From the IMG/VR virus record IMGVR_UViG_3300012953_000186, positions 1 to 26,740 of that record: a stretch of 26,740 nt of DNA; one strand, given 5' to 3'. The position numbers and the translations under genes were made by a program. The notes under the pieces were generated by a model. It did no database searches. It saw only the letters and a program-made list of their open reading frames with translations, and had not been told where the DNA came from. Positions 19,501-26,740 of the stretch are shown here, one piece after another (within the stretch, counting starts at the first letter, position 1; each line of letters begins with the position of its first letter). The DNA comes from a virus (taxonomy: Duplodnaviria; Caudoviricetes).

Positions 19501-22500
19501 TATGATGACTTTAGTTATTGTAGTCTACCTACAGTCAATAATACAAAGGTATGTGAAATAGTTGATATTAGACCAAGAGTATCTGATTTTTCTGGTACTT
19601 CTAGATCACCATTTGAATTTTTAGGAAGAATATTTACTCAAGATGGAAATTCAGCATCAAATATTTTAGCATCAGATGAATCATTTATTTTAGATTATTC
19701 TTTCTATTTACCAAGGAGAGATAAAATTTTCCTTACTAAAGACGGTGTTTTCCAATTAGTTAAAGGTATTCCTGCAGAAACTCCAGAATTACCAAATGAT
19801 ATTAATGGTGCTTTATTAATTGCATCTGCATCAATTCCTGCATATCTTTGTAATGTATCAGAAATTAATTTAAATCTTTCTGATCATAAAAGATATAGAA
19901 TGCGTGATATTAGAAATTTAGAAAGAAGAATCAAAAATCTAGAGTTTTATACTTCACTATCTCTTTTAGAAAGTTCTACTGCAAATTTACAAATTCAAGA
20001 TACTGACGGTCTCAATAGATTTAAATCTGGATTTTTTGTTGATGATTTCTCTAATACTAGAACTCAATTAAAGAAGACTCTTGTAAAAAATAGTATTGAT
20101 ATTAGGAATTCTGAGTTAAGACCAGCTCCACATACAACAGAGCTTGATCTTGCTCTTGATCCATTAACTAATGGCATAAAGAGAAGTAATAGAGTCTTAT
20201 CATTAAATTATAATGAATTAGTTGCTGTAACACAACCATATGCATCAAGAGTTGAAAATGTTACACCATATCTTGTTAATTACTATTCAGGAACCGTTCA
20301 ATTAACACCATCATCTGACATTTGGACGGATGTTGTTCAATTGGAAGCTAGACAGGTTGAGGATGAAAATCTTACTTCAAGTGAAACCTCTTATGATGGT
20401 AGGGATGGATTTAGTCCTGTTATATGGGGAGCATGGGCTGAAATTTGGACAGGTGCAGATGCAACTACTCAAGTAAATACAGTTGATTTAGGATGGGGTG
20501 TTGAGGAGACTACAACCACTCTTATTAGCACTCCATATGGAGAAAAACGTAGAACAGGAACAAGAAGTCTTGTTAAGGAAACATTTGATACTACATCTCA
20601 AGGTTCTACTGTAATAGGTACTTCTTTAATTTCTTATTTGAGATCTAGGAATATTAGATTCCGTGCTTCTAAATTAAAACCCATGACAAGACTTTATGCT
20701 TTCATGGATAGTGAAGATTTGAGTAGTTATATTATTCCAAAACTTCTACAGATTTCTATGGTATCTGGAACATTTGAAAAAGGTGAAACGGTTGAAGGAA
20801 CTGATGCTGATGGTAACGTACAGATAAAATTTAAAATTAATCAATCAAACCATAAGCATGGTAACGGTCTTGCACCATCGGATACTTATATTTTAAGTCC
20901 TTATGATAGATCAATTACTATTCCTCAAGAATATTCATCAACTTCTTCTATTTTGAATGTTGATACATTGAGTCTTGCTGATAAGACAACTGGCGATTTT
21001 CATGGTTATGTTACAACTGGATTAAGATTGGTAGGTCAAACTTCAAATGCTGAAGCAACTGTATCAGATGTAAGACTCTTTAGTGATAGTATTGGTTCTG
21101 TTATGGGATGTGTTTTTATTCCAAATCCTAATATAGATTCTAATCCTCAATTTGAATGTGGAATGAAAGTCTTTAGACTTACAAGTCATAAAAATAATAG
21201 TCAAGTTCCAGGTAACGTTCTTACAGATGCTACAACAGAATTTGAATCTAAAGGTACACTAAGCAAAGAACAGGAAACTATTCTTACAACCAGAAACATT
21301 CATACTGAAACTCAAACTCAAGTAGAAAGTCATGCTATAAGAGGAACTCAAACTTCAACAACTAGTACCGCAAGGTCTAATACTAATATTGGTGGATCTT
21401 ATCAACCTGGTGAAGTAATTGTTAAAGGAGTTAATAATTTGGATTGGGATGATGTTATTGTATTGGATAATAATGGAAATCCTGTATATGATGATACGAC
21501 TGGAACAGTAACTACAGTTGATGGTGGTGGTGCTCAGATTGTAATTACAACAGTCGATATGAGTGATCCTGATATAGCTGGTCAATCTAATAATGTATCT
21601 GTATCACAGATAGTAGATACATATTATGATCAAGATTCTGATGCTAATACTGGTGTACAAGTTTACACACCTATAACCCCAGAAGAATTGGGACATTATG
21701 ATTACTCAGGTGCAACTAACCCAAATAACCCAACATTAACTGTGAATGATGGTGTTGCATCAATGGTTACAACCAGTATTGCTGATTCCGCAAGTTCAGG
21801 TGGAGTAAGTCAGGAAGAACATATCGAAAACATTGTTGGTGGATTATATGTTACTCACTTGGGAAGAATTCCCGATTCTCAAGGTCAGGCATATTGGGTA
21901 GATGATATTGTAAGTTTGACTGAAGGTGGTATGAGTTTGGATGATGCAATTGCACAAACTGAAAACGCATTTTCATCTCATCCAGATGTTGTGTCAACTG
22001 GTACTGTTGCAAGTGCTGCAGCTGGTCTTCCTTCAGGAACAACAATATCATCTCTTGTTGTTGCAGACTCTTCATTAATACAATATGGTGGTCCATCTGG
22101 TATTAATTACACTGACTCTGCTATTAGTGGTGAGTATACTGGATCAACTGATTGGGATAGTCAAGAGATACAAAATCATAGTATTAAAAATCAAATTGCT
22201 AACCAAGTTATTGGTGCAACTGCAACTTGGAATGATGAAACAGGTCAATTAGAGGCCGCAGATGTTTTGGGTGATGCTCTAAATGGTGCTTGGTCTCAAG
22301 TTGCCCAAGGAAAGCAAACAATTGATGAAGCAGTAGCAGATTTATTAGCAGTTGCTGCAAATCCTAATGTTGGAACCACTGCAGCTTCTATTTGTGCTGA
22401 TGACCCACTCGCACAATCATTCTTTGTAACTCAGGAAGAAGGTATCTTTGTTACAAGTATAGATGTTTACTTTGGAAGTAAGGATGAAACTTTACCAGTA

Positions 22501-24858
22501 GTTGTTCAGTTACGTCCAATGCAACTTGGATTACCTACACAGCAAATTTATCCTTTCTCTGAAGTAGTAGTTGATCCACAGTATGTTTATGTTTCTGATG
22601 ATGCTTCAGTTGCTACACGAATAACATTTGATGGTCCTGTTTATTTGGCTGGTGGTCAATATCATTCTGTTGTTTTATTATCGGCAAGTAATAATTATAC
22701 AGCATGGATATCAAGAATGGGTGAGACAGATATTACTTCTGCAAATAGACCAGAATCTGATCAAATTATTATTTCTGAACAACCATTATTAGGATCATTA
22801 TTCAAGTCTCAAAATGGTGCAACTTGGAATCCAAGTCAATATGAAGATCTTAAATTTACTCTTTATAAAGCAGTATTCTCTCCATTTACAGGAAGTGTTA
22901 ACTTTAACAATCCAGCATTAAATGTAGGAATAGAACAAATTCCAGCACTTACTAAAAATGCTTTTGAAATTGATTCAAATAAAATTAGAGTAGGTTTAGG
23001 AACAACTGTAGTTCAATCTGATTTAACTGTTGGTAATACTATCAAGCAATTGGGAAGTAATGCGAGTGGTAATTATGTTGGATCTGCTGGTAGTGCTTTC
23101 GGTGTTATGTCCATTACTAACTCTGGTATTGGATATACAGGAAATCAAACTTATAATGGTGTTAGTTTAACTAATATAACTGGAACTGGTTCAAATGCAA
23201 CTGCTAGTATTAGTATCCAAAATGGAGTTGCAATAGCAGCAACAATTGGTGCTGGTGGAACTGGTTATTCTATAGGTGACGTTGTTACTCCTACTCAAAT
23301 TGGTAATAACAAGTTAGGAACTAATATGAGATTGTCTATTGGGGACATTCGTGGAGTTAATGAATTAATCATTGACAACGTACAGGGTTCATTTGTTACT
23401 GGTGTTGGTAAGACAATTCAATTTGTTAATAGTGCTGGTGTGACAAGTTCTCTTAATAGTGGTATTGGTGGTAATGTTTTACTATCTTCTGATCCTACAG
23501 TTCTTACTGATGGACTTCATATTAAAATTAATCAGCATAATCATGGAATGTATTCTACACAGAATATTGTAACAATTAAAGATGCTAAATCTGATATTCC
23601 AACAACTAAATTATCTTCTGATTATAGTTCTTCTGATACTGGAACTATTAATGTTTATGATGCTTCTGACTTTGGAACATTTGAAGGTGTTGCAGTTGGA
23701 GCAACAACTTTAGGATATGTTAGAGTTGGTAGGGAAATCTTCAGTTATTCTGGAACAACTTCCAATACTCTTACTGGAATTAGTAGTAGAGGAATAGATG
23801 GAACACAAGTGGTTAATCATTATCTTAATGATATTGTTGAAAAATATGAATTGAATGGTGTATCTCTATTGAGGATTAATACAACTCATAATCTTTCTGA
23901 AGCAACTGTTGCAAATCCTATTGGACTTGACTATTACACTATTAAGATTGATGCAACCAAAAATGGTTTGAATAGATCTACAAGTGAAAGTCTTCCACAA
24001 CTTCACTTCAATGAAACGAAGTCAACTGGTGGTACTGGCATACTTCCTACAGAAAACATACCATTTGAAATTGTAAGTCCTATCGTTGAGAATATTACTC
24101 CTGTTGGAACTAACTTAACTGCTAAGATTAGAACTGTAAGTGGTAATAGTGTTGATGGAACAGAAGTTCCATTCCAAGATCAAGGGTTTGAAGATATTAG
24201 TTTGACATCTGATAACTTTATGGATTCTCCTAGAATAATTGCATCACGTATAAATGAGACTACATCATTAGCTGGACTTCCTAATAATAAGTCATTTACT
24301 CTTTCTTTAGATTTTACAACTAATAATCCAAATCTTTCACCAATAGTTGATTTGGATAGAATAGGTGTTATTCTGACATCAAATAGGGTTGATAATCCTA
24401 TTCTTGATTATGCTTCTGATCCTAGAACATCCACTGTTATAGATGATCCAAATGCTTTTGTTTATGCATCTAAAGTTGTTACTTTAGAATCTCCAGCAAC
24501 TTCGATTAAAATTTATATGACTGGGCATATAAATGTTTCTAGTGACATTAGAGCATTCTATGCTATTTCTAATGATCCTGAACAGGAATTGATTTATAAT
24601 CCTTTCCCAGGTTACACTAATCTATTATCTTCAGGTCAAATTATAGATCCTTCTAAGAATAATGGATTACCAGATAAGGCACTTCCTAAGACTGATGTTA
24701 TAGCATATACATCAGATCAGGTTGTATGGAAAGATTATGAGTTCACTATTGACAATCTTGCAAGTTTTAAATACTTTAGTATCAAACTTGTAGGAACATC
24801 TACAAATGCTGCTCAACCACCTAGAGTTAAAGATCTAAGGGTCATATCATTAGCATAA
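16558..24858 (+). CDS. Large virion structural protein, VrlC-like / DUF4815 family
   Basis: 2766 aa. N-terminus 'TNLNVAPYFDDY...YYKVLFKPGFPVQARELTGLQSILQNQIERFG.HIFKDGS', 'APGADRLKI', 'ARRTFDESGDY', 'RYRMRDI..LERRIKNLEFYTSLSLLE...RFKSGFFVDDF' (19891-20049), 'DPLAQSF', 'LGSLFKSQN..TW...QYEDLKF', C-terminal 'PPRVKDLRVISLA'. The position after gp8 is typical. Confidence 0.85.
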   Translation: MPQETNLNVAPYFDDYSPSDNYYKVLFKPGFPVQARELTGLQSILQNQIERFGNHIFKDGSSVTGGGLKYNNAYPAVRINTEYSGVALTAYLNDLLEARVVGSKSGVRAKIKAYLNLNAFPGEPYTLFVEYLDPSIDGERAVFLASETLLIERQISNKNVIIQEGEGVATTTAIAPTSFGSGCVLSKGVYFVRGHFIDIPEQSIILEPYSTTPTYKIGLEVLEEVINSDIDKDLTDNASSFNNYTAPGADRLKIRAILTKKNVNSTQADNFIELMEVREGVIASQKINPDYNKLEEEFARRTFDESGDYYVIPFNVQPKETLNNYKGNKGIFNSDQLTYNNSVPAENLATYKISPGKAYVKGYEVNIPTNQFLDFQKPRTQKLLKDQSVNYYTGPTFALNRVNGSPKIGIGTDYTISLRDSRIGVTSTTAAGNEIGLARVYDFALESGSYDAINPNLNTWDIALYDIQPYTYLELNTPTTLALPQHVKGKSSGATGYLRFDVNTGTAMTAYNVNGKFIQGEQLVFNGIESGNILGVTTAYTSSDVRSLYGTVGTANTFNADVKQSVHSTFGTVNITGVSGGVSTVTSTDATKFFTGIATVGNIVEFQYSGLADPLSPAYAQVASVSQHSLVITPVTSVTGINNGVLPPADTETFFNILGSKFEFSTDNTLYTALPKDKVASVDLTNANLVIRKQFDVTITDGSTNSIPSGSANETFLPYDEEKYCLVRTDGSTESLSTDKFSFTNGSQTLTINGLSGIGPAKLIATLRKINVKEKIKTKKKINILSIDSSKYSASGTGQATLNDGLTFGSVYGTRVQDEEISLGVPDVTKIYGVFESSNANDVTFPRLTLISINSDSAKTGDLLEGEEFIGKSSKFVGVYIGKVNDGTVNYIALNDKKPISGEVITFRESGITATISGVSLGSDNITEEFNFDNGQRNTIYDYSRLVRKAAYKEPSKKMKIVFESAYFLTSDNGDITTVNSYDDFSYCSLPTVNNTKVCEIVDIRPRVSDFSGTSRSPFEFLGRIFTQDGNSASNILASDESFILDYSFYLPRRDKIFLTKDGVFQLVKGIPAETPELPNDINGALLIASASIPAYLCNVSEINLNLSDHKRYRMRDIRNLERRIKNLEFYTSLSLLESSTANLQIQDTDGLNRFKSGFFVDDFSNTRTQLKKTLVKNSIDIRNSELRPAPHTTELDLALDPLTNGIKRSNRVLSLNYNELVAVTQPYASRVENVTPYLVNYYSGTVQLTPSSDIWTDVVQLEARQVEDENLTSSETSYDGRDGFSPVIWGAWAEIWTGADATTQVNTVDLGWGVEETTTTLISTPYGEKRRTGTRSLVKETFDTTSQGSTVIGTSLISYLRSRNIRFRASKLKPMTRLYAFMDSEDLSSYIIPKLLQISMVSGTFEKGETVEGTDADGNVQIKFKINQSNHKHGNGLAPSDTYILSPYDRSITIPQEYSSTSSILNVDTLSLADKTTGDFHGYVTTGLRLVGQTSNAEATVSDVRLFSDSIGSVMGCVFIPNPNIDSNPQFECGMKVFRLTSHKNNSQVPGNVLTDATTEFESKGTLSKEQETILTTRNIHTETQTQVESHAIRGTQTSTTSTARSNTNIGGSYQPGEVIVKGVNNLDWDDVIVLDNNGNPVYDDTTGTVTTVDGGGAQIVITTVDMSDPDIAGQSNNVSVSQIVDTYYDQDSDANTGVQVYTPITPEELGHYDYSGATNPNNPTLTVNDGVASMVTTSIADSASSGGVSQEEHIENIVGGLYVTHLGRIPDSQGQAYWVDDIVSLTEGGMSLDDAIAQTENAFSSHPDVVSTGTVASAAAGLPSGTTISSLVVADSSLIQYGGPSGINYTDSAISGEYTGSTDWDSQEIQNHSIKNQIANQVIGATATWNDETGQLEAADVLGDALNGAWSQVAQGKQTIDEAVADLLAVAANPNVGTTAASICADDPLAQSFFVTQEEGIFVTSIDVYFGSKDETLPVVVQLRPMQLGLPTQQIYPFSEVVVDPQYVYVSDDASVATRITFDGPVYLAGGQYHSVVLLSASNNYTAWISRMGETDITSANRPESDQIIISEQPLLGSLFKSQNGATWNPSQYEDLKFTLYKAVFSPFTGSVNFNNPALNVGIEQIPALTKNAFEIDSNKIRVGLGTTVVQSDLTVGNTIKQLGSNASGNYVGSAGSAFGVMSITNSGIGYTGNQTYNGVSLTNITGTGSNATASISIQNGVAIAATIGAGGTGYSIGDVVTPTQIGNNKLGTNMRLSIGDIRGVNELIIDNVQGSFVTGVGKTIQFVNSAGVTSSLNSGIGGNVLLSSDPTVLTDGLHIKINQHNHGMYSTQNIVTIKDAKSDIPTTKLSSDYSSSDTGTINVYDASDFGTFEGVAVGATTLGYVRVGREIFSYSGTTSNTLTGISSRGIDGTQVVNHYLNDIVEKYELNGVSLLRINTTHNLSEATVANPIGLDYYTIKIDATKNGLNRSTSESLPQLHFNETKSTGGTGILPTENIPFEIVSPIVENITPVGTNLTAKIRTVSGNSVDGTEVPFQDQGFEDISLTSDNFMDSPRIIASRINETTSLAGLPNNKSFTLSLDFTTNNPNLSPIVDLDRIGVILTSNRVDNPILDYASDPRTSTVIDDPNAFVYASKVVTLESPATSIKIYMTGHINVSSDIRAFYAISNDPEQELIYNPFPGYTNLLSSGQIIDPSKNNGLPDKALPKTDVIAYTSDQVVWKDYEFTIDNLASFKYFSIKLVGTSTNAAQPPRVKDLRVISLA

Positions 24859-24859
24859 C

Positions 24860-25081
24860 ATGAAACACATTAATGTAAAAAATCATGCTGGATTAGTACG
24901 TGAAAAGGAGAGCACTGCCATCCTTAATGTTGACACCAATGAATATAATAAGTACATTTCTCAACGTCAAGCAAGACTAAAGAGTCACCAAAGAATTGAA
25001 GATGTTGAGAGTGATTTGGCTTCTTTAAAGGATGATATTAATGAAATCAAATTTCTACTGAAAGCACTAACAAATGGCTAA
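24860..25081 (+). CDS. Small conserved phage protein with C-terminal coiled coil
   Basis: 73 aa, starting 1 nt after the VrlC-like stop. 'VKNHAGLVRE..S.AILN.D..EY' is followed by heptad-like 'IEDVESDLASLKDDINEIKFLLKAL'. Confidence 0.75.
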   Translation: MKHINVKNHAGLVREKESTAILNVDTNEYNKYISQRQARLKSHQRIEDVESDLASLKDDINEIKFLLKALTNG

Positions 25082-25460
25082 AAATACAATTACCTTTGAT
25101 ACTACTTCTGGAGTTGCTTATGGAGTTAATTTAACTCTCAATACTGGAGCAACATTTCAGAGTGATTATTCAGTTGTTAATCCTTCTGGAACTGCTTTTA
25201 ATTTTACTGGTTGGTCAGGATCTTCTCAACTTGCTAAAAGTGTTGCTATTGGTTCTTCAATGCACGCTATAAAAACCTTTAATGTCGGTTTTACAAGTGC
25301 AGCATCAGGAGAATTTAATATATCTCTAGGTGCTACAGATACTACAGGAATTCCTGGTGGTAGATATGTATATAATGTTTTAGTAAGTTCTGGTACAACA
25401 ACATACAATATTATATCAGGAAATGTGTTAGTTATTCCAGGTATATCATCAGCTCCCTAA
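25074..25460 (+). CDS. Small Ig-like/beta-sandwich virion protein (GRYVY family, BppU-N-like)
   Basis: 128 aa, overlapping the upstream gene by 8 nt. Pattern 'NLTLNTGATF...FNFTGW...SQL.K...ISL...T...GGRYVYNVLV...ISGNVLV.PG' resembles small structural proteins found before gp13 in cyanomyophages. Confidence 0.7.
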   Translation: MAKNTITFDTTSGVAYGVNLTLNTGATFQSDYSVVNPSGTAFNFTGWSGSSQLAKSVAIGSSMHAIKTFNVGFTSAASGEFNISLGATDTTGIPGGRYVYNVLVSSGTTTYNIISGNVLVIPGISSAP

Positions 25461-25463
25461 ATA
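25457..25463 (+). promoter_or_regulatory. T4-like late promoter box CTAAATA overlapping a stop codon
   Basis: CTAAATA includes the TAA at 25458-25460 and lies about 27 nt before the gp13 ATG (25490). Confidence 0.65.
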
Positions 25464-25489
25464 CAATTGAAGGAACTACTTATAGATAA

Positions 25490-26335
25490 ATGGCGCAACC
25501 AAAGACACGAGGAGAGTTAATTGATTATTGTAAAAGAAAGCTTGGTGCGCCTGTTTTAGAAATAAATGTTGCCGATGAGCAAGTAGAAGATATTATAGAT
25601 GATGCAGTGCAGTTCTTTCAAGAAAGGCATTTTGATGGTGTATACCAAACTTATATGAAGTATAAGGTTACACAAGATGATATTGATAGAGGAAAAGCAA
25701 GGGGTGGTGATAATAATCCAGTTGGAATTGTAACAACAACAGTCGATACAACAGTAGGTCTTACAACTCAATTTAATTTTGAGGAGAATAGTAATTACTT
25801 ACCAATGCCTCCAGAAGTAATTGGTGTGACTAAGATATTCCATTTTGATGGGACTAATACTATCACTAACAATATGTTTAGTGTTAAGTATCAGATGTTC
25901 TTGAATGATATTTACTATTGGGGTTCTACTGAACTTTTATCATATGCAATGGTCAAAACATATCTACAGGATATTGAATTTTTACTTACAACTCAAAAAC
26001 AAATACGATTTAATAAGAGACAAGATAGATTGTATATGGATATTGATTGGGGAAGTATGAGTGTTGGTGATTATATTATTATTGATTGTTTTAGATTATT
26101 GAATCCTTCAGAGTATCCTAAAGTATGGAATGACTCATTCTTGAAACCATATGCCACTGCTTTACTTAAAAAACAATGGGGTCAGAATCTCATTAAGTTT
26201 CAAGGTGTTAAATTACCTGGTGGAGTAGAGTTGAATGGTCGTGAGATATATGAAGATGCTGAAAAGGATTTAGAAAAGATAAAAGAAAATATGTCCAATA
26301 CTTATGAACTTCCACCATTAGACATGATAGGTTAG
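25490..26335 (+). CDS. gp13: Neck protein gp13
   Basis: 281 aa. 'P.TRGELIDYCKRKLGAPVLEINVADEQ.ED.IDDAVQFFQERHFDG', 'WNDSFLKPYATALLKKQWGQNLIKFQGVKLPGGVELNGREIYEDA', ending 'PPLDMIG'. Confidence 0.95.
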   Translation: MAQPKTRGELIDYCKRKLGAPVLEINVADEQVEDIIDDAVQFFQERHFDGVYQTYMKYKVTQDDIDRGKARGGDNNPVGIVTTTVDTTVGLTTQFNFEENSNYLPMPPEVIGVTKIFHFDGTNTITNNMFSVKYQMFLNDIYYWGSTELLSYAMVKTYLQDIEFLLTTQKQIRFNKRQDRLYMDIDWGSMSVGDYIIIDCFRLLNPSEYPKVWNDSFLKPYATALLKKQWGQNLIKFQGVKLPGGVELNGREIYEDAEKDLEKIKENMSNTYELPPLDMIG

Positions 26336-26339
26336 TATA

Positions 26340-26740
26340 ATGGTTCTTAATCCATATTTTCAACAAGGGGCTACAACTGAACAGAATTTAGTTCAGGATT
26401 TAGTAAACGAACAACTTCGTATGTATGGAGTTGAGGTTTATTATATCCCTAGAACCTATGTTACAAGCAAAACAGTACTAAAGGAGGTTATTGAGTCTAA
26501 GTTTGAAAATGCGATCCCTCTAGAGGCATACGTGGACTCCTACGATGGTTATGAGGGTCAAGGTGTATTGATGTCTAAGTTTGGAGTACAGGGATTGCAT
26601 GACTTAGGATTGATAATATCTAAAGATAGGTTTGAAAGTTATATTACTCCATTGATAAAGAACATACCAAATATAAAATTAGCAACTAGACCAAAGGAAG
26701 GAGATCTAATTTGGTTCCCTCTTGGTGATAGGTTATTTGA
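26340..26740 (+). CDS. gp14: Neck protein gp14, 3'-truncated by window end
   Basis: Translated manually from ATG at 26340: MVLNPYFQQGATTEQNLVQDLVNEQLRMYGVEVYYIPRTYV...EAYVDSYDGYEGQG.LMSKFG...RPKEGDLIWFPLGDRLF. Open to the window end and directly after gp13. Confidence 0.93.
   Translation, partial: MVLNPYFQQGATTEQNLVQDLVNEQLRMYGVEVYYIPRTYVTSKTVLKEVIESKFENAIPLEAYVDSYDGYEGQGVLMSKFGVQGLHDLGLIISKDRFESYITPLIKNIPNIKLATRPKEGDLIWFPLGDRLF

Noticed and set aside
21379-22401. Intein/Hint domain or homing endonuclease as the explanation for the VrlC insert
   Set aside because: No N-terminal C(F/L)..GT block, no TxxH or terminal HN motif, and no LAGLIDADG/HNH signature. The lone Cys (22393) is at the C-terminal end, and the insert is too acidic for a nuclease.
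5192-25771. Other short minus-strand ORFs (5192, 9995, 12926, 13740, 18375, 21355, 21851, 25226, 25556)
   Set aside because: All lie inside well-supported + strand genes and show compositions typical of antisense reading of G/S/T-rich codons. The two within the VrlC insert show no independent coding signal.
1-26740. Bacterial contractile injection system (T6SS/eCIS) or CRISPR/tRNA locus
   Set aside because: Neck genes gp13/gp14, T4-type gp6/gp7/gp8 and late promoter boxes indicate a true T4-like phage. Almost no intergenic space exists for arrays or RNA genes.

Overview
This AT-rich window has a single coding strand (+) and looks like the virion baseplate/neck module of a T4-like marine myophage, most resembling cyanomyophages of Prochlorococcus/Synechococcus (host is an inference). 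Gene order: 3' end of a glycosyltransferase-like gene, intrinsic terminator, tandem late-promoter boxes, gp25, gp6, a giant 4026-aa gp7-like baseplate protein, gp8, a 2766-aa VrlC/DUF4815-like structural protein, a 73-aa coiled-coil protein, a 128-aa Ig-like virion protein, gp13, and gp14 (truncated, absent from the ORF track). The overall layout is already known for this phage group, and I see no RNA genes, CRISPR, introns or mobile elements. The most unusual element is a ~340-aa, very acidic insert in the VrlC-like protein, just before the conserved DPLAQSF motif, carrying a DUF4214/S-layer-anchor-like helical motif. Other points: modular repeats in gp7 (a YHYH-like domain lacking its histidines, three tandem beta-rich modules, an internal duplication visible at DNA level) and late-promoter motifs embedded in stop codons and coding sequence. 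All family assignments come from recalled motifs and synteny, not database searches.
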